A DNA stretch of 59,939 nt, from IMG/VR virus record IMGVR_UViG_3300050016_000385, positions 1 to 59,939 of that record, one strand, 5' to 3'. The notes under the pieces are model-generated. The model made no database searches. It was not told the DNA's origin and saw nothing but the letters and a program-made list of their open reading frames with translations. The translations under genes were made by a program, and so were the position numbers. The DNA is from a virus (lineage: Duplodnaviria; Caudoviricetes). Positions 52,679 to 59,939 of this stretch are shown piece after piece. How positions within the stretch are numbered: the first letter of the stretch is position 1; every line of letters begins with the position of its first letter.

Positions 52679-53855
52679 TGTTCAACCGCACTTGATTCAC
52701 AACCTAGAGAAGAAGCCCATCCAGATCATCCCTACCAAACTCGCCATCTTCGGCGAACAGGGAGTGGGGAAAACCGCGACCGCCTGCCTCTACGCCGCGG
52801 CAATCTCGAAAGAGTTCTACGGCGGCGCTCCGGTCTGGGGCACCGATCCTGAGCTGGGGATGCAGTTCCCCAGGCGCACCATCTTCGCGCCGGAGAAGAT
52901 CGACTTCCAGATTCGCACCGTGCCCACGTTTCAAGGGATGATGACCGATCTGCGGGACGCCGAACGCGCCGGGGCTTGTGTCTGGATGGTCGAGTTGCAG
53001 AAAATCTGGATCGAGCTGCTGAAAACCGTCCGCAAGAAATCGCCGAACAATTGGGGCAACGAACTGAACGCCATGTGGACCGACTACGTGGCCCACTTCC
53101 TTAACTCGAAACTGCACTGCATCGGCTTGGGCCGCGTTGGGGACGTGACCGATGATCTGATCGACGAAAAAGGCGCGATCACGAAAGTCAAGACGGGCGA
53201 AAAGATGAAGGCCGGCGGGTCCAATAACTTCGGGTACGAGCCCCACTTGGTCTTGCGGATGAAGCTCGAAATCAAGCCGCGCCGCAAGGACGGGAAGATC
53301 ACCGATGGCGAAGGCCGTATGAACCACGTCGCCTATGTGCTCAAGGATCGGACTTGGGCCTTGAACGGAAAAGAGTTCCGCTGGTCCGACAAAGCAGGCT
53401 ACAAACCGGGCGGCTACGCGCAAGTCTGGCAGAGCCTTCGCGGACACTTCGCCGCCGTCCAGGAGACGATGGGATTCACCACGCTCGACACCACCGCAAA
53501 CTCGGAAGCCATGATCGACAACGAGGGCAACGGCGAGTTCTACGCCAAGCGCCAGCGCCGGGAAGTGATGTCGGCCGAGATCAAAGGCTGTCTCGATCTT
53601 CACTTCGCCGGACAGGGCAAAGAGGACAAGCAAGTGCGGATCGCCATCTCGGAACTGATCTTCGGAGTGAAGTCGAAGGAAGCCGCAGACGCGCTGCCCG
53701 TCGAACAACTGGAGCGCGGCCTCCGCATCCTGCACGCCTACGAGAAAATCGCGGTCCACGACATGACCTCAAAAGACACGGTGCTGATCCAGATGCACGA
53801 CTGCATCGCCGAGTACGACCGGGGCGAATCGGAGGAGTGGGAGTTGCCGTTCTAG
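52635..53855 (+). CDS. AAA_24 / Sak4-like P-loop ATPase (recombination)
   Basis: IFGEQGVGKT Walker A, FGYEPHLVL, VLKDRT; AAGGAG RBS. Confidence 0.8.
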   Translation: MSAQAQPITNPTQPSVQPHLIHNLEKKPIQIIPTKLAIFGEQGVGKTATACLYAAAISKEFYGGAPVWGTDPELGMQFPRRTIFAPEKIDFQIRTVPTFQGMMTDLRDAERAGACVWMVELQKIWIELLKTVRKKSPNNWGNELNAMWTDYVAHFLNSKLHCIGLGRVGDVTDDLIDEKGAITKVKTGEKMKAGGSNNFGYEPHLVLRMKLEIKPRRKDGKITDGEGRMNHVAYVLKDRTWALNGKEFRWSDKAGYKPGGYAQVWQSLRGHFAAVQETMGFTTLDTTANSEAMIDNEGNGEFYAKRQRREVMSAEIKGCLDLHFAGQGKEDKQVRIAISELIFGVKSKEAADALPVEQLERGLRILHAYEKIAVHDMTSKDTVLIQMHDCIAEYDRGESEEWELPF

Positions 53856-54011
53856 CCTTTCATCTTCTCGGCCCTCCGTCTGCTTGCGACACCGAGAACA
53901 AACCCGAAGGCCCGAGGGAGGAAAGGGCCATCGAAAATCAGGTCGAAACCGGGTATAACAATTTCCTTATATCCGGTCTGCCGAGTGAGGCTCGGCACTG
54001 AGGAGACCAAC

Positions 54012-54308
54012 ATGGAGCAGAACGAACTTTTGCAGGACTTGGCGCTGAAATTGGACTTAGCGAATATGGAACTCCAGACAATCGACGAAGTTCTCGCTCG
54101 ACGGCCCGCTCTGGACGGATTGAAGCATCGCACCGAAAAAATCGAACGCGCGTGTCAGGCTAACGGCGACCTACTGAAGGTTCTCGAAGCGGCGCGACAC
54201 TGCATCAAGAGCTACCAGCACGGGAACGCCGCCACCGACCTAGCGAAGGAGATGGCCGAAAAGATCGAGGAAGTTCTGAAGAAAAACGGTGTCGAGATTC
54301 AATTTTGA
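54012..54308 (+). CDS. hypothetical coiled-coil protein
   Basis: GAGGAG RBS. Confidence 0.75.
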   Translation: MEQNELLQDLALKLDLANMELQTIDEVLARRPALDGLKHRTEKIERACQANGDLLKVLEAARHCIKSYQHGNAATDLAKEMAEKIEEVLKKNGVEIQF

Positions 54309-54350
54309 TCCGCCGCCGCCCCATCCCGCGCTCCCGAGGAAGGAGGAGTC

Positions 54351-54728
54351 ATGGCACTGCTGAATATTGACGAAAAGACGGTCGGCATCTGGTTCCTCGC
54401 TCTCACCGACGATTGCGATTGGATGTGCGGGGTGAGCGAAACCGAGCCGGAGAAAAAGTACCAGATCAATTACCGCTTCCGCTACCACAAAGACGACAAG
54501 GTGTTCGATTCCGCAGACGAGAAAAGCAGTTATGGCGTGAAGGCGTCCTGCACTCGCAGTTTTGCCATTGCGACGGTCCGGCACATCGCCTCAGAGATGA
54601 AAGCGAAAGGGGCAATCGGGGAGATCGACGAACTGTTGATGCAGGACGGCGATGTAGACCGCTTCCTGAAAGAATTCCGAGACAAGCCCTACGTCTACAT
54701 CCGCGTCGAGGGAAGAATCAAACCGTGA
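54351..54728 (+). CDS. hypothetical protein
   Basis: AAGGAGG RBS; YRFRYHKDDKVFDSADEK. Confidence 0.75.
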   Translation: MALLNIDEKTVGIWFLALTDDCDWMCGVSETEPEKKYQINYRFRYHKDDKVFDSADEKSSYGVKASCTRSFAIATVRHIASEMKAKGAIGEIDELLMQDGDVDRFLKEFRDKPYVYIRVEGRIKP

Positions 54729-55072
54729 CCTTTCGACGAAGGCCCATCCCGCGCTCCCATGACTATCCCGAATCCTCCCTGCGCTACACCGCCATCCTCG
54801 CCGGGTCCGTGCGTGTCTACCCGGACGGAAGGGAAGTCTGCGTGGATTCTCTAGCGGGATGGAGGGAATACAAACGCCGCGTAAAGGTGATGCTAGAGCG
54901 TCAGGGAGGCCACTGCAGCCTCTGCGGGAAGAAATTGGCCCTAAACCATGCCACCTTTGAACATCAGCGACGTAGAGGCATGGGAGCAGCGTGGCGGGAC
55001 GACCGGATCGTTAAGGACGGTCAGGATTGGAACAGGGCGGCGCACTGGGTGTGCAATTCAGCGAAGGGCTAG
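54725..55072 (+). CDS. HNH endonuclease-like protein
   Basis: RQGGHCSLCG, ATFEH, NRAAHWVCNSAKG; GTGA coupling. Confidence 0.8.
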   Translation: MTFRRRPIPRSHDYPESSLRYTAILAGSVRVYPDGREVCVDSLAGWREYKRRVKVMLERQGGHCSLCGKKLALNHATFEHQRRRGMGAAWRDDRIVKDGQDWNRAAHWVCNSAKG

Positions 55073-55292
55073 GCGGGATTTTTCCGAGCGCCGCTGCCTG
55101 ACGAAGAATATCGCGGGACGCATTTTCTCGGTAAACACTCAGGCCGATTTCGCATCCCCAAGCTATCGCCGCGCCGATGACACAGGAGAACAAGCGCTCC
55201 TTCTCGGGACTCCATTCCCGCGTCTTTCGGAAATCGAGGAAATCCTTTTCGGCTTCCATGAAACTTGCCTTCATTGAATCGACGCCTTTCAC
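55011..55292 (-). CDS. hypothetical protein
   Basis: Coupled ORF ending convergent operon. Confidence 0.5.
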   Translation of the reverse strand: MKGVDSMKASFMEAEKDFLDFRKTREWSPEKERLFSCVIGAAIAWGCEIGLSVYRENASRDILRQAAALGKIPPSPSLNCTPSAPPCSNPDRP

Positions 55293-55489
55293 TTCTTCTG
55301 CTCTACCTGGTACGGAGTGTAGTTCGGGTTGCCCTCGTTGAGACGGTTCAGTAGCGAAACAACTTTCACGTGTTCGCCGCCGTTTTTCCAGATCATCGCG
55401 GTAAAGGAACCGAGAGCCATCAAGATCATTTCGTAATCTTGCCGGCTCATGGTCAGTACCACCTGCCCGTTCTCTTCGCGGTAGCTCAC
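55289..55489 (-). CDS. hypothetical protein
   Basis: GGAGG RBS; LNRLNEGNPNYTPY. Confidence 0.7.
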   Translation of the reverse strand: MSYREENGQVVLTMSRQDYEMILMALGSFTAMIWKNGGEHVKVVSLLNRLNEGNPNYTPYQVEQKK

Positions 55490-55786
55490 TCAGCCTCCAA
55501 ACTTTTCGAGCTTCTCGGGCAGCACGTTGTTTTTGATCGGGCCACCGAAAGGTATTGGCCCGTTAACTTTAAGCGAGATCGCCATGCACTTCGCGCGGCA
55601 CAGAATGTGCAACCGGGGATTCGCAGCCCTCTTATTGGCGACGACAGGCCAGACGGAACATGCTCTGCCACACGCTTCACACTGGCATCGCACTCCACGC
55701 GAAAACGGGTTCCAATCATGCGCCCAGACAATCGCATGGTAAGCGGAATCATCGGCCCACGATTTAATCAACTGTTCCGGGTTCAC
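55490..55786 (-). CDS. zinc-ribbon-like hypothetical protein
   Basis: CEAC...CRAKC; GTGA coupling. Confidence 0.65.
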   Translation of the reverse strand: MNPEQLIKSWADDSAYHAIVWAHDWNPFSRGVRCQCEACGRACSVWPVVANKRAANPRLHILCRAKCMAISLKVNGPIPFGGPIKNNVLPEKLEKFGG

Positions 55787-56160
55787 GCCACCACCGCCCT
55801 TTCGCACCGGCACTTCCGTCCCCCGCCGATCGGGAAGCCGCACTCCTCGTCGTCGGCATGAATGTGGCCGCAGTCGGGGCACCAGTCCGCTTCGCCGTAG
55901 CGTTTCTGTGGGGCGGGCGGGAACACCTTCAGTCCGGTTGTGACATCTTGAGACAAGTTGCCGATCTTGCGCACTTCCTCGGCCAGTTCCCGCAGCCAGG
56001 CTTTGAAATCGGTGGCGTCGCAGAGCCGCTGTCTCTCGCCGAGGCGCGCTTCCTCGACGTGGTCGGCCAGATAGCGGAAGATGAGCCGGGCTTGCAACAA
56101 GGCTGCGCGGCGGTCGCCGGGGCCGAGCGGGAGATCGGAGATCAAGTCGCGGGAGTTCAT
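55783..56160 (-). CDS. hypothetical protein, C-terminal Cys/His cluster
   Basis: CPDCGHIH...C...CRC. Confidence 0.7.
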   Translation of the reverse strand: MNSRDLISDLPLGPGDRRAALLQARLIFRYLADHVEEARLGERQRLCDATDFKAWLRELAEEVRKIGNLSQDVTTGLKVFPPAPQKRYGEADWCPDCGHIHADDEECGFPIGGGRKCRCERAVVA

Positions 56161-56387
56161 CGCTCTCTCTCCCGAATTTCGCGCTTCACTTCGTCGCTCG
56201 GCTCGTAGACTAGATACTTCGCACGCATCTGGATCAGCAGTGGACGGATCAGCGGGTAGTTCTCCAAGTCTGCGACTAACCCGGCGCGGGCAATCGCTCT
56301 CACGAAGCCGCCGCCATACTCATCCGCTGCCGCAAGCCATTCCAGCAATTCCGGGTCGTCGTTCTGTGCGATCAGAAACTCTGTCAT
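56157..56387 (-). CDS. hypothetical protein
   Basis: GGAGG RBS; YGGGFVRAIARA...ADLEN. Confidence 0.7.
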   Translation of the reverse strand: MTEFLIAQNDDPELLEWLAAADEYGGGFVRAIARAGLVADLENYPLIRPLLIQMRAKYLVYEPSDEVKREIRERER

Positions 56388-56746
56388 GGTGCCTCCATGT
56401 TCGGCGCGAAGCGCAGGCTCCACGGCCAGCGCATAGCGCGGCTTTCAAATCGGATGGCGTTATGCACGCTCAACTCGTGCGGGTAAGGACGTTGGGCGCA
56501 GGTGCAAGCGACGGGAGCTAGAATCTGCGGACGCGGCCCGGTCAGATATGCAAACGTCGCATCAGTGCACCGGACGTAGAGGTCGCCGTTCTTGCGCTTC
56601 GTGGAAATTCCAGCTTCGCGGAAATGTTTCTCGACAACTTCGACACCGATAACGTGATCGCCGTCATGGAACAAATCGAGGACGCAACCGGGGAAGTCGC
56701 AGGGAACTGGATCGCCGGAAAAATCGAGTGCGAAGTCGGCGCTCAT
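56384..56746 (-). CDS. Cys/His-rich hypothetical protein
   Basis: CVLDLFHDGDH, CTCAQRPYPH; ATGA coupling. Confidence 0.65.
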   Translation of the reverse strand: MSADFALDFSGDPVPCDFPGCVLDLFHDGDHVIGVEVVEKHFREAGISTKRKNGDLYVRCTDATFAYLTGPRPQILAPVACTCAQRPYPHELSVHNAIRFESRAMRWPWSLRFAPNMEAP

Positions 56747-56931
56747 GCGAACAAACTCCACTGCCGCTCCACTTCCGGTTTCACCAATTCGCCGTGCTGC
56801 CGCTCCAGTCTAGCGATGCACTCCAGACACGGCCCTTTGCGGCGGTCGTCGATGCGGTGCGGCGTCGGCTTCCCGCACTTGTTGCAGTAGAAGGTTGCGG
56901 ATATCGTGTTGCGGGTGAAGTGCTCGGTCAT
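56743..56931 (-). CDS. zinc-ribbon protein ending in QWSLF
   Basis: CNKC...CLEC; terminal clamp-binding-like motif. Confidence 0.7.
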   Translation of the reverse strand: MTEHFTRNTISATFYCNKCGKPTPHRIDDRRKGPCLECIARLERQHGELVKPEVERQWSLFA

Positions 56932-57188
56932 GCAGCCCTCACGTCGTCGCCAATTAGTCCGGCAGCTTCAGGAGTTCCGCAGCGAAACTTCAGGAGACGC
57001 CCGCCCGCGACGAATCCCCTCTGAGAGATGGCAACCCAGCAGCAACCGAAACAACGCTCACATGACGCCATTTTGAGTTGCCCGGTGTAGCTGAGATAAC
57101 CGCGCTCAAAGGGGCCGAGTTTATGGCCGAGCGACTCAGCAGCCTTGACCGCCCTTTGCTTAATCGGCGTCCAATTCAACCGGCTCAC
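56928..57188 (-). CDS. hypothetical protein
   Basis: GAGGAG RBS before GTG; GHKLGPF...CERC. Confidence 0.6.
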   Translation of the reverse strand: MSRLNWTPIKQRAVKAAESLGHKLGPFERGYLSYTGQLKMASCERCFGCCWVAISQRGFVAGGRLLKFRCGTPEAAGLIGDDVRAA

Positions 57189-57214
57189 GCTCTCCTCACT
57201 TTCCGGGGCGGGCT

Positions 57215-57547
57215 TCAGTTGTACCCCGTAGAAATTTGGCATGGCAGAGCCGCTCCGGATTCCGCTAATTTCCGCCATGTGGTCGTCGCCTTTTCGCCGT
57301 CATCGTCGAACTCGAATTCTTCGTCGAGGTTTTCGACCTCCTCGAAGTGATGAATCAAATCGTCTTCGGCGGTCTCTCGGTCACGCGGTCCCAACACATT
57401 GCGGTAGTACCGCTTCATCTCCTCTTCGGAATGCGCGGCGTAGTACTCGGTTCCGTCCGGGCCGATCTGCCAAACGCGAATCGGTCGATCATCTTCGACG
57501 GTCTGCGTATTGCCTGTATCCGTCTCCAGTTCAATTCTCTTGCTCAT
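57215..57547 (-). CDS. acidic hypothetical protein
   Basis: GGAGG RBS; strongly acidic. Confidence 0.75.
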   Translation of the reverse strand: MSKRIELETDTGNTQTVEDDRPIRVWQIGPDGTEYYAAHSEEEMKRYYRNVLGPRDRETAEDDLIHHFEEVENLDEEFEFDDDGEKATTTWRKLAESGAALPCQISTGYN

Positions 57548-57586
57548 GCTGTCCTCCTTTGCCTGACTTTCCGGGCCGGGCTTCCC

Positions 57587-57823
57587 CTACACGTCCCGCA
57601 GCTTCAATTCCAGTTCGACCTTGCGGACTTGCACCAGTCGATATTCGCCGATGTAGACAGTTTCGCCCTTCTCCGCCAGCTCCTCCACGCCTTCCGCCGA
57701 AGTGAGCCACGGGTCTTCATTGTTCCCAAAGTCCCACTTAACGAACACCCGCTTCGGTAAAAGATTCCCCCGCACCCTGACGATCTTCTCTGACTTCGTA
57801 CCCTTTATGTCTCGTGCTTTCAT
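57587..57823 (-). CDS. hypothetical protein
   Basis: GGAGG RBS; LPKRVFVKW...VYIGEYRLV. Confidence 0.7.
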   Translation of the reverse strand: MKARDIKGTKSEKIVRVRGNLLPKRVFVKWDFGNNEDPWLTSAEGVEELAEKGETVYIGEYRLVQVRKVELELKLRDV

Positions 57824-57905
57824 GCTGTCCTCCACGTTTGTTCTTTCCGGGGCGGGCTTGTTGCCCCGAATCTGACTTCACTGGAATCAAATTCGAGTAC
57901 AGGGG

Positions 57906-58199
57906 CTAACTGCCCGCCCCCGGAACTGGTATTTCTGAATTCTTCGCCCGCTTCTCTTCCGCCAGTGTAGCGAGATTCGCCACAAACTTGCGCCGCACTT
58001 CGGTCGAATAAGTGTTTTCCGTGTTGGCCGCATCCAGCAGCGCCCAAACCATGTCGTTTATTTCTATCTGCGGGACGCGCAAATCCAAAAACTGAAAATC
58101 CTCCGGCCTCTGCGTGTGAATGGCGATCACGCCTTGAGCGTCGAGCTTCGCGATCTGTTCTGCGGTTAGCGGCTGTTTGTGAAGCAAAATTTGCGGCAT
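57906..58199 (-). CDS. hypothetical protein
   Basis: GGAGG RBS. Confidence 0.7.
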   Translation of the reverse strand: MPQILLHKQPLTAEQIAKLDAQGVIAIHTQRPEDFQFLDLRVPQIEINDMVWALLDAANTENTYSTEVRRKFVANLATLAEEKRAKNSEIPVPGAGS

Positions 58200-58312
58200 A
58201 AATTACCTCCAAAGAAAACACGAGCACAATTCCCGGCCCCAGCCCGGTCATCAGCAGAACTTTGGCGATTGCCAGGACGAAGCGCCAGAGGTTGAAGAGT
58301 TCGGAGTGCATC

Positions 58313-58921
58313 TCAGGCGCTCCTTTCCGCGATATCCGTTTGCGCGATCGGTTCGGTTTGCGATGGCCACTTCGGAAAGGGAAGCGGCATTTCTCCCGCG
58401 AGCCAGCGGTTGTATTTCATGGCCGGACCTCGCGTGAAGTGTTTCAGCGGCGTGACGACACGGCTCGTGCGGAGGAATTGCTGAAGCACGCGCACGTAAT
58501 GGTTATCTCCGACGCGGATCATCCAGTAATACTGAAGCCTCAGCCCGAATTGCGAGGGCGCCCAAAGCTGATGCAGCCAGAGAACCTGAAAACGCGCGAC
58601 ATAAGCTGCGGCCGCCGCAAGTTGCCCAAGCATCTCCCGGTCCATCGTGAAGTACGGCGGGTCCACGATCACCGTGTCGAAGCTGGCCATCGCAAACGGC
58701 GGCAGCCAGGCGTCGCCGATTACGTGCGGATCCGTCGCAATATCCACGTCAAGCCGGGTTCCGAATGTGGCGCGGCCGCCGAAAAGATGCACCACGCTGC
58801 CCGCGCCACAGATATCGCGCATTTTCGCTTCAACGACGGGAGGGAAGGACCAGCCCGCACGCTTCTCGACGTTCTTATCGTTCGGGCACCAGAGGATCTC
58901 GCCTTGTGGTCGACGTCGCAT
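58313..58921 (-). CDS. amino-type (N6-A/N4-C) methyltransferase
   Basis: VVHLFGG motif I, GDAWLPPF, FDTVIVDPPY; TGATG coupling. Confidence 0.8.
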   Translation of the reverse strand: MRRRPQGEILWCPNDKNVEKRAGWSFPPVVEAKMRDICGAGSVVHLFGGRATFGTRLDVDIATDPHVIGDAWLPPFAMASFDTVIVDPPYFTMDREMLGQLAAAAAYVARFQVLWLHQLWAPSQFGLRLQYYWMIRVGDNHYVRVLQQFLRTSRVVTPLKHFTRGPAMKYNRWLAGEMPLPFPKWPSQTEPIAQTDIAERSA

Positions 58922-59172
58922 CAGGCCGCCTCCGAGTTCATCCGCGTGAAGGCTTCCGCCCTTGGCCTTCCACATCCCAGACAACAGCCGATTCTTCCTT
59001 CGGCGCACTCCCACGCGAAGATGCAAATCTCCCAGCCGCCGCAACGTTCGCAGTAGCGCATCTCCTGCACCCAGGGATCGAGGACGGCGACGGTGTGCTC
59101 AACGTCGCCGCCTCCCTCTCCCTCCATGCCGACTGAGGAGATCGGTGCGGGATTCTCAGGCAGCAAGGTCAC
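58921..59172 (-). CDS. zinc-ribbon hypothetical protein
   Basis: CERCGG...CLGCG. Confidence 0.65.
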   Translation of the reverse strand: MTLLPENPAPISSVGMEGEGGGDVEHTVAVLDPWVQEMRYCERCGGWEICIFAWECAEGRIGCCLGCGRPRAEAFTRMNSEAA

Positions 59173-59387
59173 AGAAGTTTCTCCGTAGGCCGGAATCGAG
59201 GCACGCCTTTCTCGTCCACCACTTCCTCGATAAGTCCCATCCGGTACAAATCGAGGATGGCCCGCGCCAGTTGCAGCTTCGGAATTGGAATCTTCCGGCA
59301 GGGACTGCGCTCCTGCCGCACTTCGAGCGAGAGTGTGGGAGCGTACGAGTCGTTGTAGTTACCGCGCGTGGTTGCGGTTGAAGCCAT
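59169..59387 (-). CDS. small protein with winged-helix-like C-terminus
   Basis: AAGGAG RBS; AILDLYRMGLIEEV. Confidence 0.65.
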   Translation of the reverse strand: MASTATTRGNYNDSYAPTLSLEVRQERSPCRKIPIPKLQLARAILDLYRMGLIEEVVDEKGVPRFRPTEKLL

Positions 59388-59408
59388 GGTGTTCTCCTTC
59401 AAACCTTG

Positions 59409-59939
59409 TCAGCGATTCAGACGAACGGCTTTTCCATTTTTCGAGAGAGCGCCCGCTTTCAGAAGTTTTGCGGCCGCGCCCTTGATCGTGTCGTAGCTGT
59501 GCTTCAGCAGTGCGCTCAGTTGCACGTAGTTCATTTCGTCGTGAGCCAAGAGCGCGTCAATGATTTTCGCGGCCACACCGGGGAAGCCGTTTTTGTACGA
59601 TTCCCAGCGCGGATCGTTTCCGTTCGAGGCGGCGGCGGTTGCGGCTCCCGTTGCTGATGGGGCGGGAACCGCGTCTTCTTCACCCACGGCCAGCTCGATC
59701 TCTCCGAAGAGCGCGCGCAGATATCTGTGTAGCGGAGCCAGTTGCGTCCGCAACGCGCGGATCGAGCGCTCGATATTTTTTTTATCCGCGAGCGCCTGCC
59801 CGAGTTCATTGCGAACCCCTCTCAGGGTTTCATCGAGCTTCCGGTTCTCCTGCCGCAACTGGCGCAGTTCTTCGGCGCTCGCCTTCTCGCTCACGTCGAT
59901 GACGTTTTCGTATTCGCCCTCAAGCAACCGTTGCGCCAT
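59409..59939 (-). CDS. coiled-coil protein with C-terminal winged HTH
   Basis: KIIDALL-MNYVQLSALL-SYDTIKGAAAKLLKAGAL. Confidence 0.75.
   Translation of the reverse strand: MAQRLLEGEYENVIDVSEKASAEELRQLRQENRKLDETLRGVRNELGQALADKKNIERSIRALRTQLAPLHRYLRALFGEIELAVGEEDAVPAPSATGAATAAASNGNDPRWESYKNGFPGVAAKIIDALLAHDEMNYVQLSALLKHSYDTIKGAAAKLLKAGALSKNGKAVRLNR

Larger units (their letters stand above)
1..59939. mobile_element. Tailed phage / prophage segment with podovirus-type morphogenesis module
   Basis: Terminase, portal, capsid, tail, ejection, endolysin, Sak4-like and HNH genes, tightly coupled by ATGA/GTGA overlaps; no host housekeeping genes; no integrase or att site seen. Confidence 0.95.

Noticed and set aside
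57820-58311. 163-aa ORF with hydrophobic N-terminus
   Set aside because: Mostly overlaps the better-supported 57906-58199 gene; only the first about 40 codons look genuine, so left uncalled
1-59939. CRISPR array, tRNA, rRNA, diversity-generating retroelement
   Set aside because: No repeat-spacer periodicity, cloverleaf, reverse transcriptase or TR/VR pair seen by eye; tRNAscan and Infernal were not run

Overview
GC-rich, gene-dense tailed-phage (or prophage) segment; both window ends fall on gene boundaries. Most genes lie on the minus strand in one long late-type unit with podovirus (T7/P22-like) order. Read right to left: serine recombinase, three signal-peptide-bearing fibre-like proteins, portal, scaffold, major capsid, GroES, adaptor, tail nozzle, Hint-domain tail protein, GNAT-like protein, three ejection proteins (the last a 2686-aa polyvalent protein), a RelA/SpoT-domain protein, TerS, a split TerL, three more signal-peptide fibre-like proteins, GH73 endolysin and holin candidates. 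The right 10 kb holds a divergent promoter/operator switch, a Sak4-like ATPase, an HNH nuclease, a DPPY methyltransferase and many small ORFs. I recognised no integrase, HTH repressor, replisome, tRNA or CRISPR array. An Acidobacteriota-like host is only an impression from protein style. Most striking: (1) six large fibre/spike-like proteins all carry Sec signal peptides and even cysteine counts, suggesting periplasm-matured virion appendages; (2) small +1-frame genes with their own promoter/RBS signals appear overprinted inside the effector-bearing virion genes; (3) probably injected anti-defence-type domains (2H phosphoesterase, RelA/SpoT, ParB, FtsK-gamma); (4) a compact switch whose leaderless first gene is a 48-aa non-HTH basic protein. 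All family calls are by-eye motif recognition; no database search was run.
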